DNA of 64,000 nt from Azolla caroliniana. Lineage: Eukaryota > Plantae > Polypodiophyta. The stretch covers positions 2,542,001 through 2,606,000 of the forward strand of contig JBHGNT010000005.1 of assembly GCA_043228905.1 (NCBI GenBank), read 5' to 3'. Position 1 is the stretch's first letter; each line of letters starts with the position of its first letter. Position numbers and translations under genes: made by a program. The notes under the pieces are model-generated. The model searched no databases. It worked only from the letters and a program-made list of their open reading frames with translations, and was not told the origin of the DNA. Positions 1 through 10,860 of the stretch are shown one piece after another.

Positions 1-2
1 AG

Positions 3-1118
3 ACGAACTTCCGGAACGTGTCGGACATGCTTCAGCAGCAACTTGCATCCGGTTGGTGTTGTCAACCACACGTCTCCTATGCTGACAATTCGGCATGTTC
101 CTTCATTCCCCATCCGGACACGGCCGTGATCACCGGCTGAATAGGATGAGAAGCATTTCCGGTCCGGGGTAAGGTGGAACGACGCTCCGGAGTCTACCAC
201 CCAGGTCATCTCGTCGCCGGCAAGGTTTATCTCACACTCCTCGGTGATGAGCATCAACTCTTCTTCACTTGCCGCGATTGCCGTCGTTCCCTTCCGGTCT
301 GGTCCCCTCCGGTCTTTACCGTTCCGGTCCGGGGTTTGCTTTGAATCGGTACCGTCGGTTTCCTTGTCTTTACGGAAATGCCGACAGTTCTTTTGGAAGT
401 GTCCCGGCTTGCCGCAATAGAAGCAAGTAGGCCTTCCCCTTGACTTTGACCGTGTCCCCGACTTCTCCCGGTTCTGGGGACTACGGTTTCTCTGTCTTCC
501 GCGTTCCGATTCGGTAAGAAGCGCTTTGGAGGCGGAGCTCGTATCTTTGTCTTTCCGACGCGCCTCCTCATCTAACAAACTCGACTTTACTCTTGCTAGG
601 GATAACCGTTTTCCTTCCGGCCCGGCGTTGCCCAAAGTGACAACCAACGTCTCCCAGCTATCCGGGAGGGAACCGAGCAGGAGTAGCGCTAGTACCTCAT
701 CGGCGAGAGGTACTTCCAATGAAGTAGCCTGGTGGATCAACCCCTGGAAGGCATTCATGTGCTCCGCCATGCTGGAGCCATCTTGGTACCGGAGTCTTAC
801 TAGCTTCCGGAATACCGACACCTGATTGACAACATTTTTGTTCTGAAACATTATGCCGATCTTCTCCCAGAGCTCATGAGCCTTGCTCTCTTCATTGAAG
901 TTGTTGTATAGGCTCATGTCGATGAAGCACCGTATGTACGCCGTTGTCTTCATGTGCATCACCTCCCATATCGCGGCGTCGATTTTGTCCAGTCTCTTGT
1001 CCCCAAACTGAACCGGCAGCCAGAGGTCCTTAACCACGAGCATGTCCCTCATCTTCGACTTCCACACTGAATAGTTGGAGCCGGTGAGCTTGAACATGCC
1101 GCCAAACGATTTGTCCAT
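3..1118 (-). CDS. Copia gag-protease, N-terminal part of the polyprotein; open to the window edge
   Basis: Hand translation from ATG 1118: MDKSFGGMFKLTGSNYSVWKSKMRDML...LLLGSLPDSWETLV...CFYCGKPGHFQKNC (CCHC knuckle)...WVVDSGASFHLT (protease)...HVRHVPEV. No stop seen; missing from the ORF track, presumably because it runs off the edge. Confidence 0.88.
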   Translation of the reverse strand, partial: MDKSFGGMFKLTGSNYSVWKSKMRDMLVVKDLWLPVQFGDKRLDKIDAAIWEVMHMKTTAYIRCFIDMSLYNNFNEESKAHELWEKIGIMFQNKNVVNQVSVFRKLVRLRYQDGSSMAEHMNAFQGLIHQATSLEVPLADEVLALLLLGSLPDSWETLVVTLGNAGPEGKRLSLARVKSSLLDEEARRKDKDTSSASKALLTESERGRQRNRSPQNREKSGTRSKSRGRPTCFYCGKPGHFQKNCRHFRKDKETDGTDSKQTPDRNGKDRRGPDRKGTTAIAASEEELMLITEECEINLAGDEMTWVVDSGASFHLTPDRKCFSSYSAGDHGRVRMGNEGTCRIVSIGDVWLTTPTGCKLLLKHVRHVPEVR

Positions 1119-1140
1119 TTTTTTTTTTGTGTCAAACCTT

Positions 1141-1152
1141 GCTCTGATACCA
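1141..1152 (-). promoter_or_regulatory. Primer binding site, tRNA-iMet
   Basis: GCTCTGATACCA is the reverse complement of TGGTATCAGAGC and lies next to the LTR end. Confidence 0.92.
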
Positions 1153-1154
1153 CT

Positions 1155-1931
1155 TGATGGAAACCCAACGTTCCTTATGCGCAACACTCGGCCACAACCG
1201 AGATTCTTTTCATACACAGAAAACGGGAAATAGAACACGACACAAAGAGGAAGACAAATACACAGGAGGTTTACGTGGAAAACCCCAAACTAGGGGAAAA
1301 ACCACGGCAGCCCACGGGCTGCAAACTGTCACTATGTAAGAATGTACAAAACAGTGAGTTCACGGAGGCAACGACCTCGTGCTCACGATCTTCACCACAA
1401 GCGGCGGTTTCAACAGAGGCAACGACCTCGTCTCTCTCTCTCTCTCTCTGTACAGTTGCGCACTCTCTCTTCTTCTTGCACCAACAAGAAAATTAACAAT
1501 CAATCTATTAGTTTGCCCTAAGTCATATTTATACTAATATGACTTTTCGGCTATTTACAAATATATAGCCACAATGGGCTCTCAGAAACATATTTACGAA
1601 TATGTCTCTTCCTCCGGTTCATACCGGGCCTGCACCATCCGGCTCTCCGTAGCCGGGTACTCCTCATCCGGTTCATACTGGGCCTGCACCATCCGGCTCT
1701 CCGTAGCCGGGTACTCCTCATCCGGTTCATACCGGGCCTGCACCATCCGGCTCTCCGTAACCGGGTACTCCTCATCTGGTTCATACCAGGCCTGCACCAT
1801 CCGGCTCTCCGTAACCGTGTACTCATCCGGTTCATACCGAGCCTGCACTATCCGGCTCTCCGTAGTCGGGTCCCTCCTCATACGGTTTCTGATCTTCTCA
1901 CTTCCCATCCGGAGGGACCTGTCTCCCAACA
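1155..1931 (-). repeat. 5' LTR of the Copia element (about 777 bp)
   Basis: TG...CA termini with an imperfect inverted repeat (TGTTGG/CCATCA), adjacent PBS, TATAAATA-like box near 1533 on the minus strand. Confidence 0.8.
1614..1870. repeat. 54-bp tandem repeat (about 4.7 copies) in the U3 part of the LTR
   Basis: Unit CCGGTTCATACCGGGCCTGCACCATCCGGCTCTCCGTAGCCGGGTACTCCTCAT; produces the 18-aa periodic ORFs in the track. Confidence 0.95.
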
Positions 1932-2048
1932 TTCTCTTCATGGCGAGGTGATTTGAACCCATTGAGCTTGCTTGTGGATTTTTATTTTGTTTTATTTTAT
2001 TTTCAACAATGGTTTATATTATGTTTAAGGCGATTTACATGAAATTTC

Positions 2049-2172
2049 TGTTAGGATCGGAACTTGCCACAATTAGTTACTTGTTCGTATGTTCGCGTGC
2101 CAAGAATCGACAATGACAATGCACAGACAGAAAACTAAAAACTAAAAAATGAGACACGTATATTTAACGTGG
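2049..2172 (-). repeat. Possible short Copia LTR-end fragment
   Basis: Begins TGTTAGG. Its GAGACACGTATATTTAACGTGG resembles the ACAC...TTTACGTGG segment of the LTR near 1260-1280. Confidence 0.3.
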
Positions 2173-2957
2173 AGTCGGTGCTTCTTCAAAAGTTCGAAAC
2201 GTGACTCTCAACACTCGACTGAACCGTGCTCGATTCGAGCGAGGTTCTACTGTTTGTGAAATCGGTCGACTTGGTCGACCGGGAGAAGGTCAGTCTCCAC
2301 TTGGAGACCGACGAAGGGCTCACGACTGACTAGGCCATGGTTAAAAGAGTTTGCAGTCGTTTCGATAAATGACGCAATTGAAATGACGTAGGGCCATCGG
2401 TGACAGGCCTAGCTGCCAGGAGGAAGCCGGAGGAACCGATTCCGACACGGTTGGAGGAAACACGGAGGTGGCTTGAGTCGGGCACGGTTCTGACCAATAT
2501 GGTCAAGGGCCCATTCGGGGGGCAGCTTTGGAGGAGCCAATGAAGATGGTGCGCGATCTCCAGATCGCGCATGCTCGGAGAGATGGTGGGGGATAGTCAC
2601 GTGACCGGAGGCCCCCGAACGACCAACAATGCATGTGGTGTGATGTTGTCGGCCACATTTAGTGTGATGCTGACGCACTTAGGATCAATGTAGTGTACCT
2701 ATGGAACGGACGGGTGCACGTGTGCGAGACCAGGAAACCCCTAGAGCTGAACACCAGTTGGGGCAGAATGAAGAGGTTAATGGAGGAAGACGCGGCCTAG
2801 AACATCGAGGCCATTCACTACTCAGTGTCGGCAGGGATCCGGGTAGGCGGAGAGAAGGGCACCAGATTTGGAAGCAAGATCGGATTCTAGTCGCTCGTAT
2901 TGGAAGGCATGTCGGGGGTAAGGCTACGGAAGGAAGAGGCAGACTGATGTCCTCATA
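2172..2957 (+). pseudogene. Degenerate Gypsy gag fragment, same family as the element at 4634-11487
   Basis: Colinear similarity to 5710-6410, e.g. GGGCTCACGAC..GACT.GGCC.TGGT.AAA.G.GT.TGCAG.CGTTTCGA, TGCATGTGGTGTGA and GTGTACCT.TGGAACGG.CGGGTGCACG. Many stops and indels. Confidence 0.85.
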
Positions 2958-3007
2958 GGGCGTGCTCAAGAGTGGGAAAAACCAGCGAAAGGGGGGGGGG
3001 GTCAAAA

Positions 3008-4633
3008 TGTGTATATGCAACATGTGTGACACAAAGGCAATTAATTGTGCAGATGCAAAATAAAAGGGAAAAGAAAGGGTGGAAAGGATGTATAGAAGCT
3101 CGTGTAAAAAGTAAGAGAGAGGAGAGATAAAAGGTAGAGGGGAGACAGGCTAAGAATTTCTAGAGATAAAATTATATATTATATAAAAGAGAGTTAATGG
3201 GCTAGTGGATGGTCACATTGATTTCTAGTAAGAGGTGCACGGTTCAATCTAGTCTTATAGTGTAGCAATTCCAGTCTTATAGTGTAGCGTGATTTAAGAA
3301 ATTTTATTCCTTTTTGCATTAAAGACGAAATTGGTGACCCCCCTTCCTTTTTTCCTATAAAAGGAGGTCGAGGGAGGCTCATTTAGGGGGACGTTTTGGG
3401 AGGAGGAGACTATCACCATATTTCCTTCGGAGCTCTTCATCTTCTTCTTCACCACTTCTCTTCATCTCATACCCCTTCATCCCCTCATCGCCATGTGCTC
3501 GTCTTCTTCGTGTCAGCACTCGAAGTGCTCGTGAGCCCAAGCTTCGTTAGTTCGACGTTGCTTCGCCCCGTTCGTCGTTGCGAGTCCGTGTGCTCGCCGT
3601 TCGGGTGGTCGTGGTTCATTGGGGTTGGTATTTTGGTGGTGCTCGTGTGGTCATCTACACCGTGTTCAAATTTGCTCTTGTTTCTGAGGGCATTTAGTAT
3701 TTATGTTTTGATTGACCTTGTGGTTAACTATAAGTTGCCATTGTAATCAAACCCTATTTTATAAAGGGTCCTCTTACGTTGGAATCGAACACGTATTTAT
3801 TTCTTTGGCTGATATCATTCGTGTTTCTTTCTTTCTTTCTTTCTTTGTGTCTTCCTTGTACGTTCGGCCGTCTTGTGACGAGGGACCGTTTCGGGCGTGC
3901 CCATGCACCTCTCCTCCTCATAAAGACGTACGAGCATTTGTGCGTGTGTTGTGTCTTCCTTGTACGTTTGACCGTCTTGTGACGAGGGCGTGTTTCGGGC
4001 GTGCCCATGCACCTCTCCTCCTCATAAAGGCGTACGAGCATTTTGTGCGTGTGTTTGTGTCTTCCTTGTACATTCGGTCCTCTCGTGATGAGGGAGCGTT
4101 CGGGCTTGCCCATACACCTCTCCTCCTCATAAAGGCGTACGAGCATTTTGTGCGTGTGTTTGTGTCTTCCTTGTACGTTCGGTCGTCTCGTGACGAGGGA
4201 GCGTTCGGGCTTGCCCATGCACCTCTCCTCCTCATAAAGGCGTACGAGCATTTTGTGCATGTGTTTGTGTCTTCCTTGTACGTTCGGTCGTCTCATGACG
4301 AGGGAGCGTTCGGGCTTACCCATGCACCTCTCCTCCTCATAAAGGCGTACAAGCATTTTGTGTGTGTGTGTTTGTGTCTTCCTTGTATGTTCGGTCGTCT
4401 TGTGACGAGGGAGCATTTCGGGCGTGCCCATGCACCTCTCCTCCTCATAAAGACGTACGAGCATTTGTGCGTGTGTTTGTGACTTCCTTGTATGTTCGGT
4501 CGTCTTGTGACGAGGGAGCGTTCGGGCTTGCCCATGCACCTCTCCTCCTCATAAAGGCGTATGAGCATTTGTGGGTGTGTTTTGTGTCTTCCTCGTACGT
4601 TCGACGTCTTGTGACGAGGGAGCGTTCGAGCGT
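3008..4633 (+). mobile_element. Putative LTR of an unidentified retroelement, with a tandem array in its 3' part; cut off by the Gypsy insertion
   Basis: Purine run GAAAGGGGGGGGGGG at about 2987-3001 precedes TGTGTA. CCTATAAAAAGG TATA box near 3354, followed by a CT-rich R-like region. No partner LTR in the window. Confidence 0.4.
3845..4633. repeat. About 105-bp tandem repeat array (about 7.5 copies)
   Basis: Unit TGTGTCTTCCTTGTACGTTCGGTCGTCTTGTGACGAGGGAGCGTTCGGGCTTGCCCATGCACCTCTCCTCCTCATAAAGGCGTACGAGCATTTTGTGCGTGTGTT; period 105 (4056 to 4161). Confidence 0.95.
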
Positions 4634-5278
4634 TGTCGTGAAGAAAACCGGCCATAGGCGGAATCAGAGAAGAAAGCGCATGAACCGGCTCTTGCACGGA
4701 TGGACGCGTGACTTGATGTTTTGTACCGATTCATAAATGGATCGGTGGGTGAAAAATATAAGGAGGCACATGTTTATCAGGGGGATTGTGCGTATCTCTG
4801 TTAGGGGGACAGGGGAATAAAGGGAAGAGGACAAGAGAAACGGGTATCGGGGCGTTGGGAGGAGGAGGAAGCGCTGCTGCAGAACCGGGGGCCGAGCTCT
4901 CTCTCTCTCCTCCTCTGATCGTCGTTCTCTGCGGGTGTCGGGAGTTCGTTGCCTCTGCTTCGTGGACAGCCCGTGTGCTTCCAGCAGAGTCTCTCCCTTC
5001 CCCCCCCCCCCCCCCCATTTGGTTTCTTCGAGTCGTGTGACTGTTGTTGGTGTGCGTGAGTAGGGTCCTCGTGTCGGGTCCGTCGCCGCCTTATCGATTG
5101 TAACCGTCGGAAGTTGTAATCTATTGTCATTGTAATTAAGTGTTACATTATATATCTCTCTTTCTCGCTTCTACGTGTCTGTGAATCTCTCTCTCTGTCT
5201 CTCTCTCTCTCTCGCTCCTCGGTCCAAGACCCCCATGGTCCCGCCCCTTTCTACACGTACGCGCGTAACAACGCGACA
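4634..5278 (+). repeat. Gypsy 5' LTR
   Basis: TGTCGTGAAGAAAACCGGCC...AACAACGCGACA; direct repeat of 10861-11487. Confidence 0.95.
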
Positions 5279-5282
5279 TATT

Positions 5283-5300
5283 TGGTGAACCCGACGTGAA
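5283..5300 (+). promoter_or_regulatory. Primer binding site complementary to the 3' end of cytosolic tRNA-Trp
   Basis: TGGTGAACCCGACGTGAA is the reverse complement of TTCACGTCGGGTTCACCA, the 3' end of plant tRNA-Trp(CCA) as recalled. It lies 4 nt after the LTR. Confidence 0.85.
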
Positions 5301-5322
5301 AGGGCGGCAAAGGAGTCGAAAG

Positions 5323-7339
5323 ATGAGGGGATCAAAGCTAGCAGAGGCAATGGCGGTGGCCGTCGATCGGCTGGTGAGTGCTCGTGAGGGAACGGGTACC
5401 CTCGACAGAGCCATTGAATCGATCGTCGGTTCTATAGGCCGTTTCGGAGGGAAAGACGGCACAAGTTATTTGGAGGCTTACATGGCCGAAATGATCATGA
5501 GGGATATCCCGGTGGACAGGCGGCTGTCTGGATTCCCTCGGGTGGTGACGCCGGGCATCCATGCGGAGGTGCTCGAGGTGCTGGCCGGATGCCAGACTTG
5601 GGAGGAGTTTGAGCTGCAGCTCCTCGAGAAGTACGGGTTTGACGACTCACTCCGGCTGTCGATGGGGACTTCATGGCGTGGGTGGAAAGCCCCGGAAAAG
5701 GGAGGAACACGTCGGTGCTCCTCCAGGAGTTCGAAAAACGGTTCGCGCGGCTGTCGACGTTGGACTGGATGGTGCTCGAAATAAGTCGAGTACTGCTGTT
5801 TGTCAAGTCGGTGGATGTGCTCGATAGGGTTTAGGGCTCACGACGGACTGGGCCGTGGTAAAACGGGTCTGCAGCCGTTTCGACAAACGGCGCGATTGGA
5901 GCGACGGAAGCACGTCGGGGTCGGGGCCGGTCCCGAGGAGGAGGCTCGAGGAGCCGGTTTTAGTGCTGGTTGGGAGGAAGGAAGAGACCCGATTTTGGCC
6001 GGAGTCGGGGTCGGCATCGAACGACGTGGTCAGAGGCCCATCCGGAGGAGCACCTCGCGATCGGAGGCCGCCGGCTGGGCAGCGGTGCATGTGGTGTGAC
6101 ACGATCGGTCATATTCGGAAGGATTGCGCGGATTCCGCCGACACGCTCAGGACCAACGTGGTGTACCTCTGGAACGGGCGGGTGCACGCGAGCGAGACCC
6201 GGAGAGCCCTAGAACTGAATACGGGGCGCGGTGGAATGAAGAGGTTGATGGAAGAGGCCTCGGCACAGCACGTCGAAGCCGTCAACTACTCGGTGTCGGC
6301 GGCAATTCGGGTCCGGGGTGATGAGACCCGGAAGGCGAAGGACTCCGGATTCTGGCCGCTAGTGCTAGAAGGCCTCTCCGAAGTTCAGCTGAGGAAGGAA
6401 GAGGCGGACCGCGCGGAACAACGAGTCCAGGAGGGCACCGGTTGGGACGATCCGGTCGAAGAGAAAACGAGCTTCGTAGAAGCCACTTGCCAGAACTACG
6501 AGGTTCTGGTGGAGGACAAATGGGCAGGAAAGGCCGGAGGGGTCGGCCCCCCGAGGTATGAGACCCGGTTCGGACCAAAACCGACCGGTCCCGGCAACCC
6601 AAGCGCGCCGGACAGGAAGAAGCAGGCGGGGTTTCGGTTGAGCACCGAGATCGAAAGGACCACGGACCTGCGAAAGGTCCTGGAGGAACATATCCTCGAC
6701 AGCAAAGTGGAGTTATCATTGCGGGAGGTGCTGGGAATCGCCAAGAGCGAGTTCCACGACTCTATCGTAGACTTGGTGAAGCGGAAGAGGCTCTCGACGG
6801 AGCCGGAACCGGAGAAGCCGATGGAGGTGCGGACCACGCACCTGGAAGACAAGCTGGTGGGAAGCCACTACACGAAGCCGCATTGGGCCAGGGCGACTAC
6901 GGAAACCCCTGTACGGATCGGCAACTTTCTGGAACCGGTGGTGGCGTTGGTAGACCATGGATCCGAAATCAACCTGATGTCCATGGATTTCTACAAGAAG
7001 GGTAAATGGCCGATCAACAACAAGCATGGTTGGAAGATACGGGCAGCGACGCGCGCCACGGAAGAACTACATGCGGCCTGTCCGAATATACGGGTGAAAA
7101 TCGGCAATGTCGAGATCGACCAGCACTTCTTCGTGCAGGAGACGTCCTCGCATCCGGTTATACTAGGAGAGCCATATATCACGGCGGCACGGATGGAGAC
7201 CAAGGTGCTGGACAATGGTTCAGCCTATGCAAGAGTCAAGAGCCAGGACGGGCGTCACTCGGTCCAGTTCCTAATGGTGTGACCAAACCACGAGCGTAAT
7301 CGCGAGGCCCTCGGCAGTGAAACCCGAGGGGATTTTTAG
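5323..7339 (+). pseudogene. Gypsy gag-protease ORF (disrupted)
   Basis: ORFs 5296-5784 and 5855-7282; CMWCDTIGHIRKDC knuckle; VDHGSEINL protease. Frameshift near 5665, deletion near 5826, TGA at 7280 (probably from CGA). The frame then ends ...RGDF*TAG at 7337-7339. Confidence 0.85.
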
Positions 7340-10300
7340 AGAGGGCTATCAAGGCGTGGGGCCGCGATAGTCCAGACACCCGGGAAGAACCCCACAAATG
7401 TACGGTACAGAAGAAGACTTGTACCATAGGTAGGAAGTTTTGGTTCTCCGACAACGGAGGTTGTACTATAACCGGCGTCAACAGTCGGGAGAGGAGGCGA
7501 GCGGAGGAGGGGCTCAAGGGATGCGGAGTCCTCCTCCCCGACGAAGACATCAGCGGCGCCGTGGAGGCGGTCTCTTTTGACGACACCTTGGGCGAACTAC
7601 GAAAGGTGATCGGTGAAGACCTTAGAGAAGACCGGACCGTTCCGGTAGGATCGATGGGAATGTACGAAGTCATCGCAGACTTCGGGGAAAGGATCGGGTC
7701 GGATCGGACGGCCCGCGTGGATACAAAGTAAACGACGGTGGACCGGAAGGTGAGGCCAGTCGCGGCACCCTTGCTGGAGGGCAGCGAGGGGCGGATAAAA
7801 GGGGTCACGTCGGACCCAAGTTTACGAAATCCGGTCGGCATAGGGCACCGTTTCACCGACATAACGCTACGGGAGCTCAAGGTCGGTGGGGGCGGCTTCC
7901 TACTGCCGGCGAAGGAGGATCGGTTTCAGAGAATGCTCGAGAGGCATGGGAAGGCTTTCGCATTCTCACCGGAGGAGATCGGGTGCGTAGACCCGACAGT
8001 TGTCGAACCGATGGTGATCTTCACGGTACCGCATGTACCGTGGAATGTCAAGGCGATTCCGGTGCCAAGAGCTCACATCCCGAAGTTGATGGAGCTCCTA
8101 AAGCACAAGGTGGAGATGGGCATCCTCGAACCATCGAGTGCCCCGTATTAGAATCGGTGGTTTACGGTGCCAAAGAAGAACGGCACGTTGTGCTTCATCT
8201 AGGACCTACAACTGGTCAACAAGGTGACCATCCGTAATGCAGGGATCGGACCGACCATAGACGAGTTCGCGGAGGCCTTCGCTGGAAGGTCGATCTATTT
8301 TGTCGGTGATCTGTACTCGGGGTATGATAAGTTCCAACTAGTCGTGGAGAGCAGAGACATTATGACGATGCGGACTCCTCTAGTCCTAGTGCGGATGTGT
8401 ACCCTGCCACAAGGAGGGACAAACTCAGTGGCACACATGGTGAACGCGATGAACAAAGTGCTCAGGGATTGTATGTCGGACATCACCATGCCATTCTTAG
8501 ACGACATCCCGATCAAGGGATGCCCGGTGGAGAAAAGGGACGAGGCAATCGGGCCGGACGGATGTCGGAATTTCGTGGCGTCCCACATCGATGACTGCGA
8601 GAAGGTGCTGCAGAGACTAGAGCACGCGAGGCTCACCTTCTCTGGGGAAAAGTCGGCCTTCGGACAATCGGAGATCTTGGTGGTCGGACACCTGTGCGGG
8701 CCTTACGGTAGGAAACCGTCTCCGGCAAAGGTAGAGGCCATCTCCGCGATGAGGAACGATTGCGGGTCGGTCACGGAGGTCCGCAGATTCTTGGGGGCAT
8801 GCGCGTTCTACCACATCTGGGTCCCGCACTACGCACATGTCGTGGAACCCCTCTATGGACTATTGAAAAAGGGGCGTAGCTTTGAGTGGAGGACAGAGCA
8901 CACGGAGTCGGTTCGGGGACTAAAGGAGGCGCTTACGGCAGCGCTGGCTCTCCGTAAAGCGGTTTACGGCAAGGATGTTCCCATCTGCGTAACGGTGAAC
9001 ACCAGCCCAATCGGGATCGGGTGGGTAATCAGTCAGGAGGACAAGGGCGGCATACGATTCCCGATCCGGTTCGGGGCGAAGGTATTGAGCGAGCGGCAGC
9101 GAGGGTACGCCCAAGTTAAGCGCAAACTTTGGGGTGTCGTTTCGGCAGTCAAGGCCGACAAGGATTATTTGATCAGGACGGAGGTGATTATCGAGACGAA
9201 CTGCCTGCCGATACTCGGCATGGTTTCCGAATGCGCGACGCCGGACCTAGCAATGCTCCGGTGGATAGCGTACATTAAGTCCCTAAACCCGGAGATACGG
9301 CACATCTCCGAAAAGGACAATGCCATGGCCGACATGCTTTCGAGGGCAAGGTTCAACGACGAAGACGGCATGGTTTCGGATGACGAAGAAGTCGGCGATG
9401 ACTTCTTCGAGTCGGCTAACGTAACGACGAGGAAAGGGAACACTCCGGCGCTTAACGAATTTGACGAAAGCAGGTATGACGGGGAGTGGCTCCAAATCGG
9501 GAGGTTCCTACGGACGATGACGCCGGACGCAGCATGGGCGAGAGAGGAGGCGAGCCGGATACGGAGGAAGGCGTACCGATTCTTCCTACGGGACGGGTGC
9601 ATATGGAGGAACCCAAAGAAGAGAAGCGGCATCCCACTCCGAGTAGTGGCAAAGAAAGAAGAACATGGGAAACTATTGGCGGCATTCCACGAGAGCCCCT
9701 AGGCCGGACACTTCGGAACATGGGCCACGTTCGAGAAGCTAAAGGAGAAGTACTGGTGACCGGGGCTGTACCAGGACGTGCATCGGTTTGTGACGACTTG
9801 CGAAAGCTGTCAGATGCACTCCGTAGTCCGACACCGGGACGAGCTACACCCGACCTACCCGCCTACGGTCCATTTCAAGTGGATGGTGGACTTGGTGACG
9901 ATGCCGATGGGGGTAGGATAGATGCGATACCTGGTGCTTGCACGGGAAGACTTAACGAACCAGGTGGAAGGCCGTGCACTGCAAAGCAAGAATACCACGG
10001 CGGTATGCTGGGTGCGTCGGGAGTATCGTGGCGGACCGGGGAGAGCTAAATGCACGGGAAGCTGAGGAGTTGTTCGATCGGCTAGGCGTCAAACTCTCCC
10101 TCACTACGGTGTACAATCCGGAGGCGAACGGAAAGGTAGAACGTGGGCACGAGCCTATCGTAAAGGTGTTGGTACGTGCATGCGGAGGGCAAGTCGGGAA
10201 TTGGCCGCGGCTCCTTCCTTACGCACTATGGGTAGACCGATCTACACACAGTTCGGTAACAGGGTTTATGCCGGCAGAGCTGATGTACGGACGGAAGCCG

Positions 10301-10792
10301 ATCATGCCGGTGGAACGAACGGTTTCTTCATGGGCGGCAGTAGATTGGAAGGACAAAATGAGCTGAGAGGAGTTGCTGGCGGCGCGGATCCGGCCACTCG
10401 AGCGGAGGCCGGAGGACGTGATACAGGCGAAGGAAAAGCTGCGAGCGGCAAGGGAACGGAACAAGACCCGGTTCAACCGAACGCACAGGGTACGACCAAA
10501 GAAGATCGAGGACGGCGACTAGGTCTTGGTATACGACATCAGCCTCGACAATCAGCACAAGGCGGTGCGAAAGTTTGCCAGGAGGTGGTTCGGGCCCTAC
10601 ATGGTGACAAGCGCGAACGAAAACGACACATACCACCTCACGGAACTCGACGGGACACGGTTAGTGGTGCCGATGGCCGGGAAGTGTATCAAAGCGTTCA
10701 AAAAGCAGTTCGAAGACGAGCCGGAGCATGCGAGCGGGAGCGACAACGACGATCAGTTCGGGCCCGGCGGAGAATCGGAGAGCAACGAGTGA
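7330..10792 (+). pseudogene. Gypsy pol (RT-RNaseH-integrase), disrupted
   Basis: ORFs 7738-8151, 8224-9702, 9974-10366 and 10526-10792 carry RT, RNase H, integrase and GPY/F motifs. Several premature stops and a frameshift. Confidence 0.92.
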
Positions 10793-10860
10793 GGCCAGTT
10801 TTCTTCGATATCTACCCGTCTCTGGCGCATGCCGATGGATGCGTGGTTTGGTGGGGTGGA

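Larger units (their letters stand above)
1..1931 (-). mobile_element. Ty1/Copia LTR retrotransposon (Tnt1/Tork-like), 5' LTR + PBS + start of gag-pol; continues off the left edge
   Basis: On the minus strand: LTR TGTTGG(1931)...CCATCA(1155), 2-nt spacer, PBS TGGTATCAGAGC (1152-1141), then a gag ORF with zinc knuckle and Copia protease motif. Confidence 0.92.

Noticed and set aside
1551-1962. Periodic 18-aa ORFs as real proteins
   Set aside because: They are by-products of the 54-bp LTR repeat and are open in several frames on both strands.
3845-4633. CRISPR array or hammerhead-ribozyme (retrozyme) interpretation of the 105-bp repeats
   Set aside because: The units are contiguous with no unique spacers and no cas genes. 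The hammerhead core CUGANGA is absent on both strands; only GUGACGA/UAAA and GCCC-GAAAC partial look-alikes occur.
3712-4736. ORFs of 256-261 aa as genes
   Set aside because: They arise from the 35-codon tandem unit, with no domain signature and frame switches between units.
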